64,000 nucleotides of DNA from Takakia lepidozioides (Eukaryota > Plantae > Bryophyta), in contig CM060732.1 of assembly GCA_030704615.1 (NCBI GenBank), positions 76,446,001-76,510,000 on the forward strand, in the 5' to 3' direction. Below the pieces are notes generated by a model, which saw only the letters and a list, made by a program, of their open reading frames with translations, did not search any database and had not been told where the DNA came from. The position numbers were made by a program, and so were the translations under genes. Of this stretch, positions 24,833 through 36,314 are shown one piece after another. Within the stretch, counting starts at the first letter, position 1, and each line of letters opens with the position of its first letter.

Positions 24833-26536
24833 CTAAGTGGCATCCCACTTGAGAATACATTTCGCCGCACGTTCTGCTCGCTTCATATCACCATGAATTC
24901 TGCAGGAACCAAGCAAGGCCACCCACACCCCAGCACCTGGTTCGATTGGCATTCTGTTAATGAAGTCCTCTGCCTCATCCAATCGCCCTGCACGGCCAAG
25001 AAGGTCCACCAAGCAGCCAAAATGCTCTGCTGCAGGAGTGAGGCCATGATCTCGACTCATGGAAGCAAAGTAGTGATGCCCTTCCTCCACTAGGCCCATA
25101 TAGCTACACGTAGAGAGAAGACTTATAAAGGTGATAGCATTTGGCTTCAAACATGCTTGTTGCATTTGTTCAAATACTTCGAGAGCCTCCCTGCCACACC
25201 CATGCTGTGTATATCCTGCTATTAGCACATTGGATGATGCAACATTTCGTTTGGCCATTTTGTCAAAAACTTGACGTGCATCCTTTATGCTCCCACATTT
25301 GGCATACATGTCAACTAGGGCATTCTCCAGAGTGACATCTGGCGCAATTCCAGCTCTGGTGACGTCAGCATGAATCTCTTTGCCCATTTCCAGGGCAGCC
25401 AGGCTGGCACATGCATTAACAGTACAAATGAAGGTCACCTTGTTGGGTGTCACTCCTTCCCCTACCATTTGCTTGTAGATATCAAAAGCTTCCCTACCAC
25501 ATCCATGCTGAGCATATCCTGCAATCATAGCATTCCATGAGACCACATTTCGTTCAGCCATATTGTCAAACACATCACGTGCATCCTTTAAGCTCCCACA
25601 CTTGGCATACATGTCGGCAAGGGCAGTCCCCATAATGGTGTTTGGAGGAATTCCAGCTTTAATTATGTCAGCATGGACCTTTTTACCCTTTGCCAGGGAT
25701 CGCAGGCTGGCACAAGCATTGAGAATGCAAGTGAATGTGACCATGTTGGGCGTCACCCCTTCCAATATCATTTGATCATAGATCTCGAAAGCCTCCCTAG
25801 CACAGCCATGCTGAGCAAATCCTGCTATCATCACAGTCCAGGACACCACATTCCGCTCAGCCATATTGTCAAACACTTGATGAGCATCCTTCATGCTTCC
25901 ACATTTGGCATACATGTTAGTCAGGGCAGTCTCCAGAATGATATCTGACACAATCCCAGATTTCATGATCTCAGCATGCACCTCTTTGCCCTTTTCCAGG
26001 GCTGACAGGCTGGCGCAAGCATTGAGAATACAAATGAATGTGACTCTGTTGGGCATTACACCTTCGTCTAACATATGCTCATACATCTCAAAAGCCTCCC
26101 TGCCATACCCATGCTTGGAATATCCTGCTATCATTATAGTCCATGTAAACAAATCTCGTTCAGGCAATTTGTCAAACACTTGCTGTGCATCTGCCATGCT
26201 CCCACACTTCATATACATGTTGACAAGGGTATTGAGTAGAAACATGTTTGGCTTCAATCCATTTTGCATCATGTGCCTGTGAACCTGTTTTCCTTCTGCA
26301 AGGCCTTTTATCTTGATGCACTCCTGCAAGAGCTGGACGTAAGTATTGGATGCTGCCGAAATGCTTCCTTGGTTCAAAAGGTGCAGCTCCTCTTCCAGTT
26401 GTCCTGCATTACATAGTCTCCTTATATCCCCACAAGAGCAGGAAGATTTCTTCTCAACTTCCTCTCTTGGTTCTTGTTCAAAAGAAGTGGTCATGGCAGA
26501 TATGCCTGATTCAACCCTGACATCTACATGGTGCAA
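24833..26536 (-). CDS. PLS-class pentatricopeptide repeat protein, main exon; E1 present, E2 broken, no DYW
   Basis: 567-aa ORF of canonical L-S-P triplets (VTFICILNACASL..GKEVH; ALxxMYAKCGS..A..VFD; VVSWxxMIAGYAQHG), then L2/S2 (HFGCLVDLLGRAG) and E1 (VWVALLGSCRIHG). The ORF begins at a TTG, so the true start is probably in upstream exon(s) or at an internal ATG. Confidence 0.9.
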   Translation of the reverse strand: MHHVDVRVESGISAMTTSFEQEPREEVEKKSSCSCGDIRRLCNAGQLEEELHLLNQGSISAASNTYVQLLQECIKIKGLAEGKQVHRHMMQNGLKPNMFLLNTLVNMYMKCGSMADAQQVFDKLPERDLFTWTIMIAGYSKHGYGREAFEMYEHMLDEGVMPNRVTFICILNACASLSALEKGKEVHAEIMKSGIVSDIILETALTNMYAKCGSMKDAHQVFDNMAERNVVSWTVMIAGFAQHGCAREAFEIYDQMILEGVTPNMVTFTCILNACASLRSLAKGKKVHADIIKAGIPPNTIMGTALADMYAKCGSLKDARDVFDNMAERNVVSWNAMIAGYAQHGCGREAFDIYKQMVGEGVTPNKVTFICTVNACASLAALEMGKEIHADVTRAGIAPDVTLENALVDMYAKCGSIKDARQVFDKMAKRNVASSNVLIAGYTQHGCGREALEVFEQMQQACLKPNAITFISLLSTCSYMGLVEEGHHYFASMSRDHGLTPAAEHFGCLVDLLGRAGRLDEAEDFINRMPIEPGAGVWVALLGSCRIHGDMKRAERAAKCILKWDAT

Positions 26537-28155
26537 ACTCTTGGTTTAAAAATATGTACGCTCAAAAACTAACAGACTGTACCTCAAAGCTACTGGATAT
26601 TTCAACGAAACACCTCGAGGCTGTTTTGTACATACCAAGCAGGACAAGAAACCAGAGCATTCATCTACTTAGAGATAAAAGTGTACAATACTATCTGCTT
26701 GGGTGGAACCCTTAAAGCATCAACCAAAGAATACCTGATGTATTCTTGGCGGGGAGCTTCGTGGTGTACATTGACACTAAAACCATCACCAGATAGTCCT
26801 CCACTTTGTATCATTCCTGACATCACTGTTTTGACCCAAGGAGGGCTTGCCCAACCCTCAATCAAAATGGGCTCCTTTGTGCGCTTCAGTCTGACGCATC
26901 GTGATGCTGGGCTATTCTGTGAACATCACCAATGGGCAGCTGAGGAGCCCTAACTTCAACCACAGCCTTGCATAGACCAATCTACAACCATCAAAGCGCT
27001 AACTATCTCTCAAATAATAAGGAGACCTGCAGCTAGCTCTGGCTTTCAACCAAGGTGGGTTCGACCAGGCCTCAAACCAGAGGCAATCAATTACGGGCTT
27101 ATCTCTGAGGTCTGGTGATCTTGGGCTTGTCTGTGAAAACCATCAGAGTGCAGCTGAGCAGCCATAGTTTCAACCAGAGCATTGTATAAAGACCAGGCTA
27201 CATGTACCAAGGCTCCCAGCATCTTTCAAATGAAACCAACTCATGCTCCTACTAAAGGAAAAAACACCCTACCATAGCAACAGTAAGATTCAGTGCTGCA
27301 TCCTTTAACTACGAAGAGCAAAGTTGTCCTCAGTCTAAGCAACTGGAAATACCATCCACTCCACAAAACATCTCATGCAGACCTCCCCAACAGGCTCTTT
27401 CATCTCCTAAATGCTAATAGTCTCACCTTACCAAACCTGTCGCCCCACCACTGTGAAGGATCAGAGAAGAGCTTCCCACCAAGCAGTTCCACACTTATTG
27501 CTTGGTCTGCATGCAAACACCACTACAACGTAGATCTTCAGCAGCTCTTAATTGTCCGAGTCTTATCCATAAATGCTGGCGTAGGCTTCCCATAAAGTAA
27601 ATACTACATACAGGCCACCTCAAAATTGAGAATTGCACCTGGGAGTTGCCTCCCTTGGCTACATCATAGCCGGACTCTAGTCTCTCTGTATCCCTGCACC
27701 CCTGGCTCTCAAGGACGGTATGGCGGGAAGTGGCAGTGCAATTACAACCACGTGCGACATTGGGCACTAGAGTAGCAGTTATGTAATCAACAGAGTATTT
27801 AGACCAGCCCTGACATCAACATTCATTTCCCTGTAATTAGATTGTCCTTGGCTGTGCACGGGCTATGAGGAACTGACTTTTCATACTCTGGTGAGTAGCA
27901 AGCGTGCACAAGTGACTCTGGGACGTACAGCATAGCAGAGAGCGGACCATGTGTGCATCTCTCCAAATCGATCCATCAGTGTGATAACCCGCCTCCCACA
28001 TCCACGAATGAAGTCGGCATACCTTTTCCTCTTGGAACTTGCGGCGGGGAGTCCCTGGGCTATTTGCAAACCATCATATAACTCTCACCCTGAGATAAAG
28101 CTTGGTGGGTATTCTCCCAAACCAGGGTGAGGCGTGGCAGCAAGCAAGCCATGTA

Positions 28156-28177
28156 CTCTCTCTCTCTCTCTCTCTCT
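28156..28177. repeat. (CT)n microsatellite
   Basis: Direct read. Confidence 0.9.
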
Positions 28178-28373
28178 ATAGCAATCAATAGAAACAGGCC
28201 GAATCAGGAGTTCCAGAATATACGCAGCACTTGTATGCAAGTATAGGAACTGATTCCATCAGAAATGGACGCAGTTCCTACGGAATGGGTTAAGGACAAG
28301 ATAGAGACTGGAACGCTCCGATGCACAAATGACCAGGAAAAAAACGAACACGCACATATTTGTATGTCTATAC

Positions 28374-28617
28374 CTTCCTTCGGCTTCGCTGCAGGCTGGG
28401 GAAGCATCATTTCCCTCTCTTGCGAGGGTCTGCGGCCCCGCGTTGCCGAGCTGGATGCCCCTTTCAACTCCACCGCCCGTCCCGTTAACTTGCCGACTGA
28501 TGTAAGGACTCTCGGCCACTCCATGTCAGATGAAGACATGGCCTTGGCCACTGCCTGCGCTCTCATGACAGCACCGGAGCACGCAGCTTCCGTCCTTCCG
28601 AGCGCACACACTGCCAT
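28374..28617 (-). CDS. Candidate first coding exon (transit-peptide-like) of the PPR gene
   Basis: ATG 28617 opens an Ala/Ser/Arg-rich stretch (MAVCALGRTEAACSGAVMRAQAVAKAMSSS...) ending at AAG|GTATAG. Linkage to the PPR exon is inferred only. Confidence 0.3.
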
Positions 28618-28970
28618 TACCCCTCAATATAAGAGAAAGAATCCAATTTCTAGCGGCCTACGTCTAAGAATTACACCACCGCATGCTTGCTTTGGACATC
28701 GCCCTCACCCACCTCATCACAAGAGAGCCTTCCTCAATTTCGGTTACTTCTTTACTGGCTTTGTCCCTTCAGGCCAGAGACTTTGCATCATGTTGAGAAA
28801 ATGTGGTCAACGGACCTTACACCGTGTCAAGAAAAAGATTGGTCTAAGAAAGCTTTCAAGTATAACCCGTGGCAGCTTGTCAAAATTGGTGCTTCAAGCA
28901 GCAAAGGAGGGCTGGACAGAGCCTCTCGCGGTTTGCAGCTTGTTAAGAAATTCTAGCTACGACCAAAGGT

Positions 28971-29220
28971 CGGAAGCTAGTTTACCGTAGAGCAGGAATA
29001 GGGTGCCTTAGTGCCACGTTTTCGTCGCCATGTCATCATCGCCGCGTTTCGTAGACACGTCATCGTAGCCATGTCGTCGTCATCAGGCCGGAAGCTAGTT
29101 TAGCATAGAGCAGGAATAGGGTGCCTTAGTGCCACATCATCATTGCCTCATCATCGTTACCATGTCGTCATCGCCACGTTTCGTAGACACGCCATCGTAG
29201 CCATGTCATCGTCGTCGTCA
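28971..29220 (+). repeat. ~118-bp tandem duplication
   Basis: CGGAAGCTAGTTTA..TAGAGCAGGAATAGGGTGCCTTAGTGCCAC at 28971 and 29090, each followed by GCCACG/CATCGT-rich units. Confidence 0.8.
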
Positions 29221-29384
29221 AAGTTTGTATATCTGCCCGGACTGCCCGCCCAAAAAACTCCAAAGCGCCAAGTGTTTTTGGAGCATGCCCGGACTGCCCG
29301 GTTCTTGAACCGTAGGAGCTCTGCGTTTTCCGCCATCGTTCACCTTGCAAGCTGCAAGCTCTCAACTGTCTCGCTACTCAATGC

Positions 29385-29557
29385 AAACCGTGGCTCTTTG
29401 ATCAAGTGGAATATGTTGGCAGGATTTACCAAGCATGGGATGCTTTGGAGACCTATGAGCAATTGATGTGTGACGGGGTGAAGCCCAACCACATCACGTT
29501 TGTTTATGTTTGCAATGCGTGTGCAAGCCTGGGAGCCCTGGAAAAGGGGAAAGAGGT
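29385..29557 (+). pseudogene. PLS-PPR fragment (P plus L motif), frameshifted
   Basis: WNMLAGFTKHG / DALETYEQLMCDGVKPNHITFVYVCNACASLGALEKGKEV, closely similar to the repeats of the 24833-26536 gene but in opposite orientation. Confidence 0.8.
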
Positions 29558-30409
29558 CGGATTTTCAAGCACAAACGTCTATCTTGGAGCACGGAGCAGA
29601 GCTGGCAGGAGTTTTTTAAACATCATTCACGATGGTGGGACAACCGCAAACATAAGGTGATTTTTTCTGAATGTACCATGTGAAGAAGTTTTTCCATCGT
29701 GCAAATGTGGGCTTTTGTTTTCCTGTTAGTACCATGATTTTGTATAATTCCTGATGTTTACAAGGTTCTTGGGAGAGTAGCAGGCCGTGTTTCAATCTAT
29801 GCCTGCTCAGCTGCACCGTGGTGGTTCTTACAGACCAACTTCGACATTACCTGACTACAGACACAAACAGCACACACAACTGGTCTTTTTGGGTTGATGG
29901 TCGGTCAAATCCTCCATGGGTCATGACACAAGGTCAAGGACAATGTGGTGAGGGCATCTTCTTCTTCGACCTATTTCAGCCTGTTTTGCCCTCTCATTAG
30001 ACTCGTCCCTGAGATGCATATTGAATTCTTCAAGTTAGCTCGTCGGGTGGATCTGTGGTGGTTTGGAGTGACTTTGATAAGTTACCGCCGATGTGGCAGC
30101 AGGAAAGTATCAAATTTAAGCAGATAACAAAGACGAGGAAAAGCTCTGGAATGAATATGTTTCTGACCGCAGTCAAGGGTGGAACAATCGAGGCAAAAAT
30201 GTGAATGCATGTTGGAAACGCAGGTCAACATATGAACTAATGTGATAATTAGGGTTGCGGTGTTTGCTAGAACAAATCTAGGCTTAGCCCGTTCTCTGAT
30301 TGCACTAATAATCAGAAAATAAAACAATGCATTCTTCTCGCGCCAGCGTTTTGTCGATGCCTAAAGACAAGGAGCCTTTCTTCACTGTAAAGTAAACCTA
30401 CGGCCAAAA

Positions 30410-30436
30410 AATATATATATATATATATATATATAT
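30410..30436. repeat. (AT)n microsatellite in a CGGCCAAA...TTTGCCG stem
   Basis: Direct read. Confidence 0.85.
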
Positions 30437-30866
30437 TTGCCGCAGGTGGGTGTTTGTTCTCCGGCCATAGCCAATAACATGTCACGTCCAGAATTCTTCT
30501 TAAATTTTCAAACTTTCGGGGCCATCATTCTTCAGACTACTTCAAGGGGTTTTACCTTCTCTTTTAATCACCCGTGAGGTAGCCCCACCCCGTTAGTCTG
30601 TGGTCCACAACCCAGGTTTCTCCAAAGCACTATCTCGGATCTAAGATAGATTGGTATAAATCAATAAAAAGGGGGCTCTCCGCGCCTCAGGGCAGAGGGC
30701 GCAGCAAAATATATGGTTTTTCAAATATTTTAAAAAATATCGTAGGTCCGGCCAAGCCAGAATAAGCCTCATATTGTGAAGAAGCCGGGGGTGTCTGGAG
30801 AATAAAGTGACGAGAAGAAAACCGAACAGAAAGATTTTGTCTCCGCTCCGCACTTCGTTCCTCCAA

Positions 30867-30933
30867 GCTCACTTGGTGAAAATGGTAAACACGACAGACT
30901 TAAAATCTGTTCCTATGGGTTATCGGTTCAAGT
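30867..30933 (+). tRNA. trnL: Truncated organellar-type tRNA-Leu(UAA) pseudogene, probable NUMT
   Basis: Acceptor 5' strand GCTCACT; D arm GTG-AAAATGGTAAA-CAC; anticodon arm ACAGA-CTTAAAA-TCTGT; variable arm; T arm ATCGG-TTCAAGT. The 3' T-stem and 3' acceptor strand are missing. No intron. Confidence 0.75.
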
Positions 30934-31131
30934 GCAGCAGCGACACAATTGATAAAATCAGGCACTGCTACTCAAGGCACCTTCTTCAACACATTTCACC
31001 CTGTTTTCCCCTCTTATCAGAATCGGCCCTAAATTGTTCTTGGTCTATGGATTGGTGAAATACAGTCACCAAGTCTACACGGCTATGCTCAGTTTATGGG
31101 TTCAAAATGAATCTGTGTTCGTTGTTTGATT

Positions 31132-31180
31132 GGCGGGATCTATGGCCACAAGGTTACGACAAACTAGTCTTCTTAGTACA
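31132..31180 (+). mobile_element. Short 3'-end copy of the LINE at 59540-60830
   Basis: ATGGCCACAAGGTTACGACAAAC..GTCTT..AGTACA matches the LINE terminus. Confidence 0.7.
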
Positions 31181-31295
31181 TCTATTTTGTTCTTCCTTCT
31201 TTTTTTGGTCTATTTTCCTCTTTGTTTTTCTTTGCTTTGTTGTTTATTTCGGGTGTCTTTTTTTTTTGAAAATCCTCTAATCGTACATCAGATCT

Positions 31296-31491
31296 TTGCA
31301 CTTCATGCAAGTGGTGTCGTGGTTAGGTGTTGTCCCAAACAAGGAAGGTCAGCTGCAACAGTTGTTCGCTAATGATAACTACAGTCATTTGGTGAATCTA
31401 TTCAAAGAAGCGGCAAACGAGGTTCTCGCTCACCCAGCTTGTCTCAACAGCTCCGCATACATCTCCATAGCAAAACAAGGAGAGGTTGCAG
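31296..31491 (+). pseudogene. Orphan exon of a PIR/SRA1 (CYFIP)-like gene
   Basis: FMQVVSWLGVVPNKEGQ...LVNLFKEAANEVLAHPACLNSSAYISIAKQGEVA resembles my recollection of plant PIR121 (WLGLIP..EGQ...LVNL.KSA...PGCLNP..F.TMSKQAEAA). Ends at CAG|GTGGGT. No neighbouring exons seen. Confidence 0.6.
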
Positions 31492-31533
31492 GTGGGTCTT
31501 TTTTGTTATCTGGATGGATGATGAGACTCATAG

Positions 31534-32200
31534 TGTCGCGCACCTCATTTCGGTAAGCTCCCCTTCAGGTCATAGTTGCTAGCTTGATGCGCGCGCCTAA
31601 CTCCCAACCTGGCCGCCGGACCAACTTGGAGCTTCGGCTGCTCACCGGGGCATAACGGTCCCCCTTTGAACTCCCAAAGAACCCTCCACCGATTTGGAAC
31701 CAGCGGGAATTCCCTTTGGTAGTTGGCAGTCCGGAACAGCTCCCCACTCTTTGGTCGCTTTCCGGCTCGCTCGCTTACTCACTAGTTTTTGGTCACCAAC
31801 GGGCTTGCACCGTTCTCGGGGGTACTACTCCCTATATATACTTCTGTAGCTGTCCGCGGGGGTTTCACAACCAACCATGCCATTTTATGGCGAACCACCA
31901 TGAAAACCCTCGACTCCCGGTGATGAGTCGCGGTGAGTCTTGGCCCACTCACCACGGCCCCTATGGACCGTGATGAGTCCCAAGACTCCCCACGACTCCC
32001 ACCACAAGGTCTCCGCCCCCATGGTGAGTCCTATGCCACCCCCACTAAGTCCCGCTAAGCTACCACCCCCTTGTGGAGCCACCCCCACCGCAACCCGGTG
32101 TGCGGGGCTCCACCTAGTGAGCGCCTCCGCCTCCTTGAGTGCCTTGGGCACTCAAGGGTGCTTCAGTCCCCCATACCTATCGCTGCCGCTGCCCCCACCA
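31534..32200 (-). repeat. 3' LTR of element 3, lacking ~55 bp of its U3 start
   Basis: Matches 37711-~38380 with a few substitutions, then diverges. Confidence 0.92.
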
Positions 32201-33093
32201 ACAGGGAGTCGATGTCCTCATCGACTTGTCCATTTTGTAGAAACGAACATCCAAGTTGTGGCGTCCCACATCAAGGAGTTTGTTTCCGTACCTTGGCGTC
32301 CCATGGCAAAGAACCAAACCCCACACTTGACTCTACTCTCCACTAGCTAGTTCGGCCGACTTCCTCCAAGTCCCGGCCAGGGGTGGAGCCTCTCAAGCTC
32401 CTCCCAGTGCACTCTTCTTGGCCTTCTTCAAGGTCAAGGAACGATCCTCCCCGAGGATCGAGTCGCCTTACTGCAACAACATTGCTTGCGATCGCTCCTG
32501 ATGTCGCTTTTGGCATCACTTTGCGCAAGGGTTCACCTCGAACCCCCTTTGACTAGGAAGATAACCTTGAACCAACCGTGCGCCCCAATCACTACAATTG
32601 GGTCCGTCTTGGAATGCTGGCATGAGGTACGGGAACACGTCGAAGCCGCACTATGACTTCGTCCCGAGGCTACACGATTATAGTACGTGAACGGAAGCAC
32701 ATAGCTTCCGCGTTAGCCCGCACTACAAGGCAACCACCTCGGTAGCGCAGTTATAGTACGCGCACGCGCCAGGTGCGCACTAGCACGTGAACTCCCAAAG
32801 AAGGCGCATGTTTCCTTGCCCCTTGGATGGGAGTCACCCGATTTCGGCACTGCGCAAACACACGATTAACCCAATTTACCTCTCCCACTTTTGTAAGCTA
32901 GCATGCATTCTACACACTAGCCAACCACACCATGCATCACCATTCCAAACAAAATAGGACACACAACATTTGGAACCCATTTCCTTTATAACAAATTTTT
33001 GTACAATACAAGTTTTTGCAACCGAATTCCTGAGCTAGCTAAGCCGGACTAAGCATGCATTTCCTCCCCCACGCTCCAAGGTTGATGTCCCCA

Positions 33094-36000
33094 TCAACGC
33101 TTCTTCCGCTTTTGAGGTCGCCCTTCGAAAACTGCAACCGCCTCGGATGCGTTTCCCATTTCTGAGGCACGCACCCAAGATGCCTCCACATGATGATAGC
33201 CCTTCCATTTGACGAGTACTCCGTTTCTCGGTTCTTGAACCTCCTCGACTTAAGTACTGCCTCCACCTCGTACTCAGGTTCATTTTCATGATCCAACAGC
33301 ACAGGTGGCGGACGCAACACTTGATGCCGATTCGGACGCGCTTCATCTTTGAAGTAAGGCTTCAAAAGAGAGACGTGAAATACTGGATGCACCTTGCTGT
33401 TTGTCGGTAGCTCCAATTCATACACATCCTCATTCATAACCTTCCGGATGCGAAAGGGTCCCGCATACGGAGGTACGAATTTTGGACTCACTTCCGGAGG
33501 TAGTCGGAAATTCTTGATGTTCAAACAGACCTCCGTGCCTGTCTCAAACTTCACTTCCCTCCGCTTCCGATTCGCCTGCCTTTCATACCGTTTCCTCGCT
33601 TTGGCAATGTTGTACTTTGCGAGCTTCAACAAACGCTCGCGTTCTTCCAGTACCGCCGCTACTGCCGGTTCCTCAACGTCCTGGGCGGCCCAACTTGTCG
33701 GCACCAGAGGTGCTTTTCCATAGACCAATACGAAAGGGGAAACTCCCGTTGCGGAGTGTTCTGTGTTATTATAACAGAACTCTACCACGTCTAAGTGTTC
33801 CACCCAGTCTGATTGGTCCGCCGACACGTAATTCCGCAAGATCTGCTTCACTACGGAATTCACTCTTTCCGTTTGGCCGTCGGTCGTAGGTCGGAAGGCG
33901 GTGCTCATCTTCAGCCTCGTCCCCATCTTCTTCCAAAGTGTCCTCCAAAATTTACTCGTAAACTTTGGATCGCGGTCCGAGACAATATCCTTCGGGACTC
34001 CATGATGTTTTAAGACGTGGGCGAAGTAAAGTCGTCCTGTCTCTTGCGCCGTTGCCGTCTCCTTGGTGAGGATGAAATGGCCCATTTTACTGAACCTATC
34101 CACCACCACCATGATTGCATCGAATCCTTTTGACAGCGGCATAGCAGTCATGAAATCCATCGAGACGCTTTCCCAAGTCCCCTCTGGAATCGGCAAGGGT
34201 TGTAACAGCCCCGCTTGCTTTTTGTACTCGCTCCGGTTTTGTTGGCATGTGGTGCATGTCTTGACATACTCCTCTGCCTCCTCCCTCAGTTTGGGCCAGA
34301 AATACTCTTTCTTCAAGAGTGTCGCAGTGCGCTTGGCTCCGCCGTGGCCCGCAAGCGGGCTATCATGGCATTCTCTCAAGAGACTATCTCTGATCCCTCC
34401 CTTCGGCACGTAGAGACGCTTTTGCTTATACCGAAGCAGTCCATTTTGCAAGTGGAATTGCGATTTAACCCCCTCCTCAAGTCCTGCATCACGGACTTCG
34501 CCAGCTCATCCTTCTGGCAAGCCTTCCGGATCTTCCTTTGGAGCGCCGTCTCGCCCCTGTACACCAACAGGAGCTGCTGTTTTCTACTTAAAGCATCGGC
34601 CACCACATTGTCACGTCCCGGTTTGTATTGGATATCCACGTCAAACACCGCCAAAGTATCTTGCCACCTAAGTTGTTTTGGGGACAACTTGGGCTGCGTG
34701 GCAAAATACTTCACCGTAACATTGTCCATGAACACCTTCATTGGGTTGGAACCAACATAGTGGCGCCAAAGCTCAAGACAGTGCACCACCGCCTTCATCT
34801 CTTTCTTGTGCGTCGGCCACCGTCGCTCCACTTCGTTCAGTTTCTTACTTTCGTAAGCCACTGGACGTTCATCTTGCATCAGTACACCCCCAATCGCAAA
34901 GTCCGACGCATCTGTATGAATATCGAACGGCCGATCAAACTCTGGGATTTTCAAAACTGGAGCTTCCGCCATCCGCTGCTTCAATCCAGCAAAAGCTTGG
35001 CCACACAAGGTGTTCCATACCCAGACTTTGGATTTACACAGAAGGTCTGACAACGGCCCCGCGATCTTGGCGAAATTTCTCACATACTTCCGGTAATAGG
35101 AGGCGAGTCCTAGGAAGGATCGCACTCCCGGGACCGAAGTCGGAGGCTCCCAGTCCAAGATCGCCCTCACCTTTCTGTCATCCATTTTGATCCCATCCTG
35201 TGTAATCACATGCCCCAGGAACTCCACTTTTGTGACCCCGAATTCGCACTTTGAAGCTTTGGCATACAGCTTCCCTTCCCGCAATTTCTGGAACACCCTT
35301 TTGAGGTGCTCCAGATGCTCCTCCTTTGTTTTCGAATACACCAAGATGTCGTCGATGTACACGATCACAAAGTCATCCAACCACTCCTGGAAAAGGCTGT
35401 TCATCAGCGTGCTAAAGGTCGCGGGTGCATTGGTGAGCCCAAAAGGCATCACCAAGAACTCATATGAACCATACCTTGTCCTGCACGCGGTCTTCTCCTC
35501 ATCTCCTTCCGCCACTCGAATTTGATGATAGCCGGAGCGCAGATCGATCCGGCTGAAATACTTCGCTCCTGCCAACCGATCGAAAAGGTCGTCGATCCTT
35601 GGCAAAAGATACCGGTTTTTGATAGTCACCTTATTCAAAGCCCTGTAATCGACACACATCCGCAGCGTCCCATCCTTCTTGTCTGCGAATAGCACCGGGG
35701 CTCCGTAAGGTGACTTACTTGGCCGGATGTACCCCTTTGACATTAGATCTTTGAGCTGAGTCTTCAGCTCGACCAACTCTCTATGGCTCAACCGGTAGGG
35801 CGCCTTGGCAGGCGGTTCCGATCCCGGTATCACCTCAATCTTGTGGTCAACTCCTCTTCGCGGTGGCAAGCTGCTTGGTAAATCCTCCGGCATCACATCC
35901 TGGTATCTCTCCAAAATCCCCTTGATCCAATCTGGGCTCGGCTCCCCATCGCCTTCTCCCTTCACTTCTCTAATGTAAAGCAAAAACTGGGGCTCATGTG

Positions 36001-36313
36001 CCTCCTCCACGGCCCACTCCCTTGCTGACAGAAGGTTTATTCGCCCTCCCACGGGTTTGGGCGTTTCCAACACTCGTAAGACTTCGCCACCATCCCCACA
36101 TGGTAGCGTGACTACTCTTTTGCGGCCATCTATGACCGCTCCGGATTTGCTCAAAAAGGTCATCCCCAAAATGAGATCCACTCCATCGATCTTGCAAATG
36201 GTGAAGTTCTCACGTCCTTCCCATTTCCCCAGTTGAAGAGGGACATCGAACGCCAACCTCGTCGCCAATTGCGGTTCTCCTTTGGCAGAACGCACCTCAA
36301 TAGAGGCCCCCAC
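33094..36313 (-). CDS. pol: pol (PR C-term, RT, RNase H, integrase, chromodomain) with 1-bp frameshifts
   Basis: ORF 34376-36313 ([19 protein letters not shown]) and ORF 33039-34451 ([31 protein letters not shown]). The chromodomain continues VKWKGY..SW in a shifted frame to a stop near 33094. Confidence 0.92.
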
Positions 36314-36314
36314 G

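Noticed and set aside
28265-28990. 241-aa + strand ORF
   Set aside because: No recognisable domain. It overlaps the putative PPR first exon and promoter on the opposite strand. Cannot be supported as a gene.
31915-32030. GTGATGAGTC repeats in the LTR as a hammerhead ribozyme core
   Set aside because: The core needs CUGANGA plus a GAAA with flanking helices. Here it is GTGATGA with no paired GAAA; these look like U3 enhancer repeats.
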